DNA of 64,000 nt. Source: the human T2T-CHM13v2.0 reference genome, Homo sapiens. The first letter of the stretch is position 1; each line of letters begins with the position of its first letter. The DNA lies in the NCBI RefSeq assembly GCF_009914755.1, contig NC_060934.1, one strand, 5' to 3'. A model generated the notes under the pieces. It worked only from the letters and a program-made list of their open reading frames with translations. It did not search any database and had not been told where the DNA came from. Both the position numbers and the translations under genes were made by a program. Shown here piece after piece: positions 14,230 to 31,400 of this stretch.

Positions 14230-14760
14230 TTACCCAGCTCATTTATTCATATTTTTAAATTTTTTACTATATTTTGAGATTCTACTATGTCTTAGACATC
14301 ATAATTGACAGAGCTTATACTGTGGTAAGTGAAAAGAACATTGTCTTCCTATCAAAGAGCTTTTGACTTGGTGACTTGGTGATAAAGAGACTTTTTGGAC
14401 AAATAATTCATCTAATCACATGATAGATGTTACTAAAAGAAGACGACTTGACTTATTTGTGTAGACTGAAGAAGCTCTTGAGGAAGAACTTCTAAGCACT
14501 AATGTAACTATTAGATAGATAGATTGATGGATGGATAGATGTAGAGGTGGAGACATTAAGTAAAGAATGTAAGGCATAGAACAAGCTTTTCAGGCAATGT
14601 AAATCAACATGCAGTGTAAAAGCAGTGAATTATTAGTGCACTGAATGAAGACCAATATAGCTAGAGTGTAGGAAGCAGAGCATGGGAGTTGAAGTGGGAG
14701 AGCCAGATCCTGGAGGGTTACATGAGCTAATTTTTCTTAACAGCATTAAAAGGCCTTAAG
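14230..14760 (-). mobile_element. L2 3' fragment
   Basis: ctcatttattcat...ctactatgt... and purine-rich L2-like text; degenerate. Confidence 0.65.
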
Positions 14761-14998
14761 GAAGAACATTCTCTGACCACAAATAACGTGTTTTTACTAT
14801 TAGAAAAACATAGTAGAAACATATTAGAAAAACATACTAGCCTCTTCAAACCTGGAGGAACATTATCTGTTTTGTGGCCCCACCAAGCTTTGCACATGCC
14901 TCTGCTGTAACATCATCATGCCCTGTTAACTTGTTTCCATCTTGGTCTCTTCAACTAGCTTAGGAGCTTCTAGGACAAATGGCTCATTTTTATATGGA

Positions 14999-15557
14999 CA
15001 GTAGTCCCCTCTTATCAATGGAACGTACATTCCAAGAACCCCATTGGATGCCTGCAATTGTAGACAGTACTGAACTCTGTGTGTACTAACTTTATTCTTA
15101 TATTGTAGGAGAACATACATTTGTACAATAAACTTCAATTTGTAAATTAAGCATACTAAGAGATTTTAAAAACTAATAATAAAATAGAAAAATTTAAAAT
15201 GTATACTGTAATGAAATTATGTGAATGTGGTTTTTCTCTCTTATTCTCTCAGAATATCTTACTGTACTGCACTTGCCCCTTTTCTTCTTGTGATCTATCT
15301 AATAGCAGAGAGGGTGACTAAGTGACTAAGGAACAGGTAGTGTGTATACAGCGTGGATACACTTGACAAAGAGATGATTCACCTCCCTTGTGAACAGAAG
15401 TGGCAGGACATGAGATTTCATCAGGCTACTCAGAGAGGCACACAATTTAAAACTATTGTTTATTTATGGAATTTTCCATTTAATATTTCAGACCATGGAG
15501 GAACAGGTAACTGAAACTATGGAAAGCAAAACCACAAATAAATAACCACAAACTACT
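14999..15557 (+). mobile_element. MER44 (Tigger-family non-autonomous DNA transposon)
   Basis: Starts cagtagtcccctcttatc...ccaagaaccccattggatgcctg; ends ggtaactgaaactatggaaagcaaaaccac. Confidence 0.85.
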
Positions 15558-16149
15558 TATTCCTACATTTCCATATCTAAAACAAGACCTGAAACATAAG
15601 GAGTTTTAAAACATGTTAAGCATGGAAATAAATTACAGAGAATAAAGCATATTAGTTTTATTTATTTGACTATAAAGAGCTGAACAAGAGCTACTTACAG
15701 ATAAAAACAAATCTCTATACATGTCAATGTTCCTGGACAACTCGGAACTTGAGCAGCAAATTAATGCACATACATTGAAACCATGAGAAATGAGGAGAAG
15801 GGAAGCCTTGGTACTCATCCTTCTTGATGCCATTTACTTAAATCTAAATTGAATACATAAACAGGTCATCATATAAATTAGCAATTTATTTAACTTTTTT
15901 GTTGCTGTTATTCTTGGAGGCAGGATTCAGAGATGAGGAAGAATCATTCAAGATAATTAATATAAGGAAGAAGTATAAAACACAAGATAATCAATACACT
16001 TTATTGTCTTGTAAGGATTATTTAATGCCATGGTGTAGACAGACAGATACATGAACACCAAGAAGAAACCTTTAAGCAGAGCAGATTTGTAGATACTGAG
16101 TGAAAGCTAGGATATTTGCAATGATACTGTTCCTTAGGTTGCTATTAAA

Positions 16150-16580
16150 TGTTCCAGGATAGGGTACGTGAATAAAGGTGTGCCAGTCATGATATTCCAG
16201 TCTCCTACATATACTTGATTGACACAGAGATGAATGCTTAACCCAAGTTGAATCAATCTGAGTCATACCTTGGACTTTTTGAAGTGTAACTGAGAAAGAA
16301 TGACTGGCTTTCTTCAGTGCCCTACTTGGGAATTGTTGGTAGCCATATTTTTCATCTTGTAATCTACTTTCCAATAAAAGAGACCAATCAAACTGACAAT
16401 CTGTGAGAATCTGAGACTAGGGAGGAATGTTCAAAGTATTGGATCCAGGAGATACGAGGCCCAGCTCCATCCTTCTTTTCTTATCGCTCAGTCATTCAAT
16501 CTTTGCTTGGAATACACGAACCAATAATTTCCATTATTACCTGAGAAGGATCCAACTGAGTTTCTCTTTCGATAATATAT
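16150..16580 (-). mobile_element. Ancient MaLR LTR (MLT1-like)
   Basis: Minus strand reads agaaactcagtt...gattgattcaacttgggttaagcattcatctctgtgtcaatca, resembling MLT1J/K/L LTRs. Confidence 0.55.
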
Positions 16581-16790
16581 TGGTGAGTAGAAAGGCAAGT
16601 TTCACAAAAATATAAATAGTTTGATATAATTTTAATAAAACTTAAAATTTATATGTATTTGAATATAAAAGTCATCATAGAAGATAAATAGAAAAGTGAT
16701 AACATTGAGTTACCCTTGGAATAGTGAAGAAGGGGAGAAGGAATATCTCTCATGTTTATATTGCATACTTCTATATTGTGTAAAATTTTA

Positions 16791-17084
<294 letters not shown>

Positions 17085-17314
17085 CTAGGAAAAACATATA
17101 AAGAGAAACAAATGAGTGCTTTGAATCCACTCTCAATCATTCCAATACCAAGTGCACCTGCATTGACTGATTCCTCAGCAAAGCCAGTAGAGAGTTGTGA
17201 TGGTTTCTGATATAAAGCCAAAGTTGCAGAGCTACTTCCTAACTCACAAACGCCTAATTTATGAACACCTGGCACATAAAGAGAACGGCTACTGGCCGAA
17301 GCTAACTTGCCTGG

Positions 17315-17550
17315 AGACAGTACGGAAGAGTAGAAAACACTCTTGAGCTTTGCCGTCAGACTGTTTACTTTTGAATTCTGCGTTTCTATTTACTAGCTTT
17401 GGAGTATCAGGCAAGTTATTTATCCTTTCTGTGTCTCAGCTCCTCATCAATAAGATATGCTAACAAGGCTCTTAACTCAAAAGATTGCTATGAAGTTTAA
17501 TAGAAAGAATGCATGACAATCCCTGCCTAAGCAAGTGTTAGCCACCAATG
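17315..17550 (+). mobile_element. MIR
   Basis: ggcaagttatttatcctttctgtgtctcagctcctcatc core. Confidence 0.7.
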
Positions 17551-18300
17551 TTACCAGGAAGCAGCTTGCCCTCTCAGTTCTCAAGATTTCACTACATCAC
17601 CATATTCTTTCTATAATGGCAAGCCTGGTATCTGTTACCAGGTACAGACAGCAAATCCCTTGGGGGTAATGATTTTCCTGTCAACGGTGACAAATTTCTA
17701 AATGCTGGAATCAATTTCCTCAGCATTAATTCTCGTCCCACCTATCCGTACATTATTTGACTGGAGCAAAGCTACCTTTAAGTTTATGAAGCTCACCACA
17801 ATCAAAGCAGATACCTTGTTCTATTATATGAGTACTATTTCAAAAATTCCAAGATGCACATTATTTTTACATAGTACCAATTTATGAAATCTGCTTAGAG
17901 TTGGTGGAGTATTTCAATCCATATCAGCCAAGCAGCAGGTCAGAAGTTACTTGTGGGGTAGATTGTTATTGCTTGATGGGAGCAACTTGGTCATAGCTAT
18001 TCACAGTATCATCACTTTGACTTTGTATTATGCACATTGTTGGTACTAGATGTGGTAAGCTTAGCTGCCATTTAAAATGTCCTTGAAAAGAATACATGAT
18101 GACCAAGGCTTAAAACAAAAGACACTGTATACTAAGAAAGTTGTGGAATTGAGGAGCATGATATATATTAGAACTCTATGTCTAAATATATTTAAAATAA
18201 AATTTCTACATAAGAAAGCACAGCGTCAGAATTTGACTGCATTTTTTTTCTTCAGTAATACATAAAATAATGGTGCTATAATAGATGGTAACTTAAATTC

Positions 18301-18604
<304 letters not shown>

Positions 18605-19025
18605 TAACTTAAATTCAAAAAAGATAGTAGTTCACATAAAGAAATATGTGGGCCTCTTTTCTCCCAGAGTTTCCTGTTTCACACAAGCCAATGATCCCTC
18701 AATGCAGTATGTGCTAATGACAAAACATGTATCAGATCTAGTAGTATGTAATGTTTTTCTCCCAGCAGAAGCCAAAGCTTTTTACTTTAACCAAAATAAA
18801 CACCTCTCAGTATTATTTACAGTGGGTATGCTTTTGCTTATAGCTCCTGGAGTTTTTCTGCTATTATGAGCAAAATAATTTAGTGATTAATCTGGAGTCT
18901 ATTTTCATACAGAAGTCTTTACAAGTGGACCCTGCCACTTAATAGAGAAGACAATTTCCTGAAGAAGAATGCATTTTCTCATAGAAAAGATGTACATTTT
19001 ATGGGTTAAAAACTTTAGTCCTAAG

Positions 19026-19424
<399 letters not shown>

Positions 19425-20049
19425 TTAATTTGTACCTATGTGGTTAAAAAAATTCCTAAAAGAAACAAGAGGACTGTCCTACCTCTGGCTGCTGTCACTG
19501 ACAGGGAAGAGCAATGCAGGACCACCCAGAGATTTGCAGCAGAATCCTGGTTGTACTAAGAATCCAGAGACAGGGATCAAGAAGGTCGGATCATCAAGGA
19601 GAAAAGTGGGAGTTTTAAGGGAGAAGTAGAGAGGTGTTCTCATTGGAAAACCCATTATATTACAGAAGAAGCCAATAGGTCCAAAGATAAATCTTAAAGA
19701 CTAAAGCAGCTCAAGGAGATGGGACAGTGACTCTGACTTCCATACACTGTAGAACTCCTTTCACACTCCCATCTCAGAGAGCTTCCCCTAAATCTTTTTT
19801 TTTTTTTTTCAGTTAAAGCTATTTTCTTTTCTTTTTTTATTTTTTATTATACTTTAAGTTCTAGGGTACATGTGCACAACGTGCAGGTTTTTTACATAAG
19901 CATACATGTGCCATATTGGTGTGCTGCACCCGTTAACTCGACATTTACGTTAGGTATATCTCCTAATGCTATCCCTCCGCCCTAACCCCACCCCACGACA
20001 GGCCCCAGTGTGTGATGCTCCCCACCCTGTGTCCAAGTGTTCTCATTGT

Positions 20050-23876
<3,827 letters not shown>

Positions 23877-23939
23877 TATGATGTTAGCTGGTTATTTTGC
23901 TCATTAGTTGATGCAGTTTCTTCCTAGCATCGATGATCT

Positions 23940-24962
23940 TTACAATTTGGCATGTTTTTGCAGTGGCTGGTACCAGTTGTTCCTTTCCATGTTTAGTGCT
24001 TCCTTCAGGAGCTCTTGTAAGGCAGGCCTGGTGGTGACAAAATCTCTCTGCATTTGTTTGTCTGTAAAGGGTATTATTTCTCCTTCACTAGTGAAGCTTA
24101 GTTTGGCTGGATGTGAAATTCTGGGTTGGAAATGCTTTTCTTTAAGAATGTTGAATATTGGCCCCCACTCTCTTCTGGCTTATAGAGTTTCTGCAAGAAA
24201 TCTGCTGTTAGTCTGATGGGCTTCCCTTTGTGGGTAACCCAACCTTTCTCTCTGGCTGCCCTTAACATTTTTTCCTTCATTTCAACTTTGGTGAATCTGA
24301 CAATTATGTGTCTTGGAGTTGCTCTTCTTGAGGAGTATCTTTCTGGTGTTCTCTGTATTTCCTGAATTTGAATGTTGGCTGCCTTGCTAGGTTGGGGAAG
24401 TTCTCCTGGATAGTATCCTAAGAGTGTTTTCCAACTTGCTTCCATTCTCCCCGTCACTTTCAGGTACACCAATCAGAAGTAGATTTGGTCTTTTCACATA
24501 GTCCCATATTTCTTGGAGGCTTTGTTTGTTTCTTTTTACTCATTTTTCTCTAAACTTCTCTTCTCACTTCATTTCATTTATTTGATCTTCAATCACTGAT
24601 ACCCTTTCTTCCACTTGATCAAATCGGCTACTGAAGCTTGTGCATGTGTCACGTAGTTCTCGTGCCATGGTTTTCAGCTCCATCAGGTCATTTAAGGTCT
24701 TCTCTATGCTGTTTATTCTAGTTAACCATTTGTCTAATTTTTCTTCAAGGTTTTTAGCTTCTTTGCCATGGGTTCGAACATCCTCCTTTAGCTTGGAGAA
24801 GTTTATTATTACCAATCGTCTGAAGCCTTCTTCTCTCAACTCATCAAAGTCATTCTCCATCCAGCTTTGTTCCATTGCTGGTGAGGAGCTGAATTCATTT
24901 GGAAGAGAAGAGGTGGTCTGATTTTTAGAATTTTCAGTTTTTCTGCTCTGGTTTCTCCCCAT
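23940..24962 (-). pseudogene. L1 ORF1p (coiled coil, RRM, CTD), disrupted
   Basis: MGRNQSRKTENSKNQ..WMENDFDELREEG; IQEIQRTPERYSSRRATPRHIIVRF. Confidence 0.95.
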
Positions 24963-25965
24963 CTTTGTGGTTTTATCTACCTTTGGTCTTTGATGATGGT
25001 GACATACAGATGGGGTTTTGGTGTGGATGTCCTTTCTGTTTTTTAGTTTTCCTTCTAACAGTCAGGACCCTCAGCTGCAGGTCTGTTGGAGTTTGCTGGA
25101 GGTCCACTCTGGACCCTATTTGCCTGGGTATCACCAGCAGAGGTTGCAGAACAGCAAATATTGCAGAATGGCAAATGATGCTGCCTGATTCTTCCTCTGG
25201 AAGCTTCATCTCAGAGGGGCACTCGGCCATATGAGGTGTCAGTCTGCCCCTACTGGGAAGTGCTTCCCAGTTAGGCTACTTGGGGGTCAGGGACCCACTT
25301 GAGGAGGCAGTCTGTTTATTCTCAGATCTCAAACTCTGTGCTGGCAGAACCACTACTCTCTTCAAAGCTGTCAGACAGGGACATTTAAGTCTGCAGAAGT
25401 TTCTGCTGCCTTTTGTTTAGCTATGCCCTGCTCCAGGAGGTGGAGTCTATAGAGGCAGGCAGGCCTCCTTGAGCTGCAGTGGGTTCCACCCAGTTCAAGC
25501 TTCCTGGCCACTTTGTTTACCTACTCAAGCCTCAGCAATGGCAGACTCCCCTCCCCCAGCCTCTCTGCCACCTTGCAGTTCAATCTCAGGCTCCTGTGCT
25601 AGCAGTAAGCTAGGCTCCATGGGCATGGGACCCTCTGAGCCATGTGTGGGATATAATCTCCTGGTGTGCTGTTTGCTAAGACTGTTGGAAAAAGTGCAGT
25701 ATTAGGATGGGAGTGTCCCGATTTTCCAGGTACCATCTGTCACGGCTTCCCTTGGCTAAGAAAGGGAATTCCCTGACCCCTTGTGCTTCCTGGTTGAGGC
25801 AATGCCCTGCCCTTCTCCGTGGGCTGCACTCACTGTCAGACAAGCCCCAGTGAGATGAACCCAGTACCTCAGAGGGATATGCAGAAATCACCAGTCTTCT
25901 GCATCGCTCACACTGGGAGCTGTAGACTGGAGCTGTTCCTATTTGGCCATCTTGGAACCTCCTCT
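24963..25965 (-). promoter_or_regulatory. L1 5'UTR with sense and antisense promoter; YY1 motif intact
   Basis: caagatggcc on the minus strand at 25945-25954; most CpGs have decayed to TpG/CpA. Confidence 0.8.
25538..25705 (+). CDS. L1 antisense ORF0 homologue (55 aa, C-terminally frameshifted)
   Basis: ATG at 25538 gives MADSPPPASLPPCSSISGSCASSKLGSMGMGPSEPCVGYNLLVCCLLRLLEKVQY, similar to primate ORF0 (MAGAPPPASLPPCSLISDCCASN...); expression unknown. Confidence 0.7.
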   Translation: MADSPPPASLPPCSSISGSCASSKLGSMGMGPSEPCVGYNLLVCCLLRLLEKVQY

Positions 25966-26185
25966 CTTCTCCTAAATCTTTAACTGAGGAATCACTTTTA
26001 ACAGTGAAAGTACTGCCATTCATTCTATGAACAATAGATACTTGGGGATGAGATCTGTGAGGGTACTACAATCTCATGCCCCCATCTCATGCTCACTCTT
26101 GGACATAATTTCCCCAAGTAAAATATCAGATGGGCTCAATGTTAGCTGTTCAAGATTTTTCTCTCTCTTTCTTCCTCACTGTTTA

Positions 26186-26261
26186 ACTTTTTTTTTTTTT
26201 TCTCATTTCATTCTTGTTTCCCAGGCTAGAGTGCAATGGCATGATCTTGGCTCATGGCAAC
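26186..26261 (-). mobile_element. Short Alu 3' fragment
   Basis: Poly-T then cccaggctagagtgcaatggcatgatcttggctca. Confidence 0.8.
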
Positions 26262-27629
26262 ATTTTCCCATGAGTTGTTTAGTTGAATTTCCACAGTTAA
26301 ATGTAACTTCACTGTAACCCAATTAAGGCAGTATTTCTAAACCAGAGCCCTGGGGACATCACAGGAAGATGCACTGCATACTTGCAGAACCACTAATAGT
26401 TTTGTTTCCTGACACATAGGGGATTAATGAGGTATTTATAGAGAAAACATTGAAATGATCTACCATTCATGGCATTGTGTTTTTGAGGAAATATTAGTTA
26501 AGCCTGAAAACATATATAGCCAAGCTTTATAACTGATCCTTTATTGAAAGTAAGATCTACCTGTGTGGGAACTGTACACTTGGGGAAGCTCATTTGTGTC
26601 TCCTGACTTCACATTCGGGTATATCTGAAAAGAGATTCAATTTTCTGAATTCCCTACATTTGTGCCTGGCCCTTTCTCTCAAACTAAAATTTTGTCTTTC
26701 CTCTTTCCTATTTTTTTGTATTACCCAATACCTAATGAAAAGTTTTGGAATATCTTTGATCTTGCATATAGTAGATTTTCAAATTTTAATTATTGATTAA
26801 ATAAATTAATGCATCAGTGAATGAATGAATGAACAATGACCAGAAAAGTTGATTTTTTTTTTTTAGCAAATTTAAAACTTACTCTTTTAGCTCCAAACAG
26901 TGAGGGGCAGCATTGTAACAAATCACTCTTGTGATTAGTAGATAACATTTCTTCTCTCTTTGTTTCTTGGAGATGCAGTCACCACCCTCCCCGCAGCCCC
27001 CAAGATCTCCAAGACCTCTCCTTTCTTAAAGTTGTGTTTCCAGGAAATTGAAAAGCCAGGCCCCTATCCTGATTAACCCATTTCCCTGGCCTTTGGATAA
27101 ACATGGTGTTGCATCTTCCTCTAGAAAAACAGACTGCATGCATGCCTAAATCTGTCTAAATCAATCTCTGTTTCTGTCTCTCTCTGTCCTCTCTGCCTTT
27201 TCTTTTTCTCCTAATTCATCAGTAAGATATCAAATCCTTCTTTAGACTTCTCAACTGTAGCCTCATTATCTCTTAATGATTAAACTCCATACCTCTTCAG
27301 CAACTTCTCCCGGAATTCTGCGGATCGTCTAAATCTCTTTGCAACATTTCAAAATTTATTTACATAATATTCTGTGAACTTGCTTTTCTGCCATTAGGGC
27401 ATGGTAAACCTTTGCCATTCATTTGACTGCTTCTTTCGATTCAACTATTTTCCTTTGCTTGTGAGATGCCAAACTCTCAAGAACAGGGCACTGCCAGGGG
27501 ATGGCTGGCTGTTGTACGGTTATCAAGAAACACACACAACTCCCCTTTAGGCTTTAAGGGCAGAGGCAAGTGGTTGAAATAAGCTGACATGTATTAAATG
27601 CCTATTTTGTAATAAACACATACATACAC

Positions 27630-27810
27630 ACAATTTGATTTTATCATCATAACAAATCTATACTTTTGATACTATTATTCCCTTTTTATAGAAGATAAAA
27701 TGAAGCCTTGAGAGATGCCTCACACACAGGGGCAGATCACAGTCTTGAAGGGGTAGGATTCGATCTCAAACCTCTCCATTCTGAAGGCCATAAATTTTTA
27801 CTTTACCTTG
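27630..27810 (-). mobile_element. MIR
   Basis: actattattccctttttatagaagataaaatgaagccttgagag. Confidence 0.65.
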
Positions 27811-27929
27811 CCTCTTGTTAAAATAATACTTTACCTAAAATACATATACCACTATCTAGTTTCAGAACTTTTTCTTTGTGGGGGGAGGCCAAATGGACCC
27901 TCTCTACCCATTTAGCAGTAATTTCTCAT

Positions 27930-28035
27930 AATGGTGATAGTTGAACAATGTTAAGAATATACTTAACCACTAAATGTAGAAATTAAAATGGTTAAAAAGG
28001 TAAATTTTATATTATTTATATTTTATCACAATAAA
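27930..28035 (+). mobile_element. L1MB/MC 3'-end fragment
   Basis: ggtgatagttgaacaatg...aaaatggttaaaaaggtaaattttat...cacaataaa. Confidence 0.7.
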
Positions 28036-28454
28036 CACACACACACATATACACAAATCTCAAGTCTTCCTTTTCCCACTTTTTCTCATAACTTCCTTTC
28101 TTTAAAGGTTATGTCAATAATTACAGAGACCAGGATGAAATACTTAAGCTGGTTTCATTAAATTAAAGTATTGTGTACTGGTTTCTCTTTATTATCTGCA
28201 TTATGACTTTACTTGGTTAACTATAGATTTTTATGTTACAGGCACAGAGATAATATTATCACTTATCAAAAGCTACACCTCACAAGGGGACGGCAATGGA
28301 TTTTAAAACCCTAAAGTTTCCCACGATTAGAATGTCCTTCCTCAGAGAGAAATGCACTGTTTGAAGAAAGAATTTCCTCGTATTTTATTTGGTCTGTTGG
28401 ATACAGAATGAATCTTAGGGCCTTTGCTTGGATTTCTATTTGACAAGCCCTTGA

Positions 28455-28740
28455 CATAATGTTGATGACTTCCAAATCTCTTTTCCAGCTTACAGCCCCC
28501 TCCTGAGCCCTTGACTGTATATCCAGCTGCCTACTGGACATCACCATGATATGCCTCAGACACCTGATATTTACCTTGTCCAAAGCTTTACTCATTTTTT
28601 ATACTCTCAGACCTGCTGCCACTTCTGTATTTTTTTATTTCACTAAAAGATATAACTATCCACTCCACTGTTCAAACAAGAAATCTAGGCATCATTCTCC
28701 AATTTTCCACCCACATTGTATCCATCAGTGTGTTCTTTAG
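28455..28740 (+). mobile_element. L2 fragment
   Basis: gatgacttccaaatc...tatatccagctgcctactggacatcacc. Confidence 0.8.
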
Positions 28741-29136
28741 AATCTATGAGAGTATCCCTCAAGGCCTATTTCAAAGGATCGGCTTACACACACCCCCAAA
28801 TGCATGCACAGCAAAGCCTTCCATTTTGATTGCCTAGTATGATGCATTCAGCTAGCTATGTTCTCTGGTAAACTGATATCTGGGGCCACAGAATTTGCCT
28901 TGGATCTCAACCAAAAGGAGACTTAAGAAGATATATCAACAAAAGATAAAGAATAATGCATCATTTCCTGGGGCCTTTACTACAATATTTTAAGTCTGAC
29001 TTTTTTGTTGTTGTTCTTGTGATATGAACAGATGTTAAAATGTCAGCCGCCAATCTGATATTCTTTATGCCTGAGGCCTAGATAGACAGCTTCTCCTCAG
29101 CTCTCTTGCTCATCACTTCTTGGAAAAGTAATAGTA

Positions 29137-29308
29137 TAGGGGGTGGGGGAGGGAGAGCAACAGGAAGAATAGCTAATAAATGTTGGGCTTCATACCTGGG
29201 TGATGAGTTGATCTGCACAGCAAGCCACAATGGCACAAGTTTACCTATGTAACAAACCTACACATCCTGCACATGTACCCTGGAACTTAAAAGTTGAAAA
29301 AAAAAAAT
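29137..29308 (+). mobile_element. L1PA13-16-like 3'-end fragment
   Basis: ggaagaatagctaat...tttacctatgtaacaaacctacacatcctgcacatgtaccctggaacttaaaa plus A-tail. Confidence 0.88.
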
Positions 29309-30406
29309 AGAAAAGGAATTGCAGACCATGTGAGAAATTATTTTAAAATACAAGCAAGTGTGTTTACCTGATATCACATTTTCTCCTACCTATAGGCCAG
29401 TGAGACATTCCCCTCCTTCTTTCAGGCAGGATACTCAGAAAATTTAGATTGCCACAACAGCACAATCTTGTTTCTTATATTGCAAAATTTGTGGCCTAGT
29501 TGTAAGAATAGAATATTTATAAGAAGACAGGATAATATTCCCCAAACTTGTAAATGATTCTTGTGAACTTCTAATTTGAAGTTGGACATATAAAATAGCC
29601 TTTTCTTTATGGTCCAATGGAAACCATGCCAAAACAATAAAGTTAATGAGAATAATAATACACAGTCTTCCAAAAATGTTGGCCATTGTGGAAAGGATGT
29701 CAAAAGAAATGAAGAAATAAGAAAGAATTCATAATTAGTCCTTCAACCTTCTACCTGTTTCCATCTACTGGTTACACACAAAAAACAAAAGTAGCCACAT
29801 GCAATGTCTTGATTTTTGGGGAACATGTCTGTTAATATGAGGCACAGATCTAGCCTTTCATTCAATAAACTTGGTAAAAATAATGACTTCAGAAAATAAA
29901 TTGCTTCCTTCAGAAATATGTAATCAAAAAAGAACAATCACAGGATGAAAGATTATATGAAAAACAATAAGTAAAGCTAAAGTGCATGGAAAGCTTAGTC
30001 ACCATAACAATATTAATAATAATGGCATAGAGAGTCCTAAACAAGTATTTCACCGTGAAATTTAAAATTTAATTTAAAAGTCAATAAAATCAAGCAGATA
30101 TAGGCAGACACAGAAACTTAGGACAAGATGGCAAAACTAGAATAGAATAAAATATGATAAAAGATATAGGAAAAGAAACAGAAGGACAAGAACAATCACA
30201 GATATAAAGTCAATATTATTAATAATAGGAGAATATAGATTGCTAAAAAAATGGCATCAAAATGGATCTAAATAACTGTTCTTTAAAGCATTACGAAAAA
30301 ATGAAAACAGGCAAGGGAGATACCAAAAATGTGTTAATTGGATAACTAAAAATTTTTTTAATTAAATTTATCTTGAACTATATCATTTCAGAAAACTTTC
30401 CAGACA

Positions 30407-31400
30407 GGGACAGAGCAAGGTGGTGGAATAGAAGGCTCCACTGATCATCTCCTCTGCAAGGACACCAAGTTAACAACTATCTATACAGAATAGATTTTGG
30501 TTCATTAAGAACTAAAAATCAGGTGAGTGCACATAGCACCTGGATTTAACTTCAAATCGCTACAAGAGGCAGTGAAGTGATAGAAAAAACAGTCCTGAAT
30601 CTCTAATACCACCCCTCCCTCCCATGTCCTCCACAGAGGTTGGCGTGGTACAGGGAGCCTCTTTGGGCCCTGGGGGAGGGAGAACACAGCAATTGTGAGG
30701 CAATGAACTCAGTGCTGTCCTAATAGAGCAGGAGGAAAAACCAGACCAAACTCAGCTGATGCCTGTCCATGGAGGGTGCATTAAAACCAGCCCTAGTCAG
30801 AGGGCAATTGCTGATACCAGTGGCCAGAACAATAGTACTTACAAACCTTGCCACTGAGGGCTACAGCACTCTGTGTCTCCAAGAAAATTTGAAAGGCAGT
30901 CTTGGCCATTAGGACTGCAACTCTTAGGCACGGCCTGGTGCTGAACTAGGCCCAGAGACAGTGGACAGGTGGGGCACGCGACATACTGAGACACCAGCTG
31001 GGGCAGCCAAGGGAGTGCTGGCATTGTCCCTCCTCTACCCCACGCTGCAAAGCTGATGGCTCCAAAACAGACCTCATCTTTCTGCTTGAGGAGAGGAGAT
31101 GGAAGAGAGGAGAGGATTTTGTCTTGCATCTTGGATACCAGCTCAGCCACAGCAAGATAGGGCACTGGCCAGAGTTGTGAAGCCCCTGTTTCAGACCCTA
31201 CCTCCCAGACATTTCTAGACACACCCTGGGCCAGAAGGGAACCCACTGCTTTGAAGGAAAGGACCCAGTGCTGGCAGCATTCATCATCTGAAAACTAAAG
31301 AGCCCTTGGGCCCTGAATAACCAGCAGCAAAACCCAGGTCCTATATTGAGGGCCTTGGGTGAGCCTCTGAAACTTGCTGGCTTCAGGTGAAACTCAGCAC
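30407..31400 (+). mobile_element. Isolated L1 5'UTR (L1MA1-3/L1M1-type)
   Basis: Starts cagagcaaggtggtggaatagaaggctccactgatc; 31219-31400 aligns with window positions 27-217. Confidence 0.85.
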
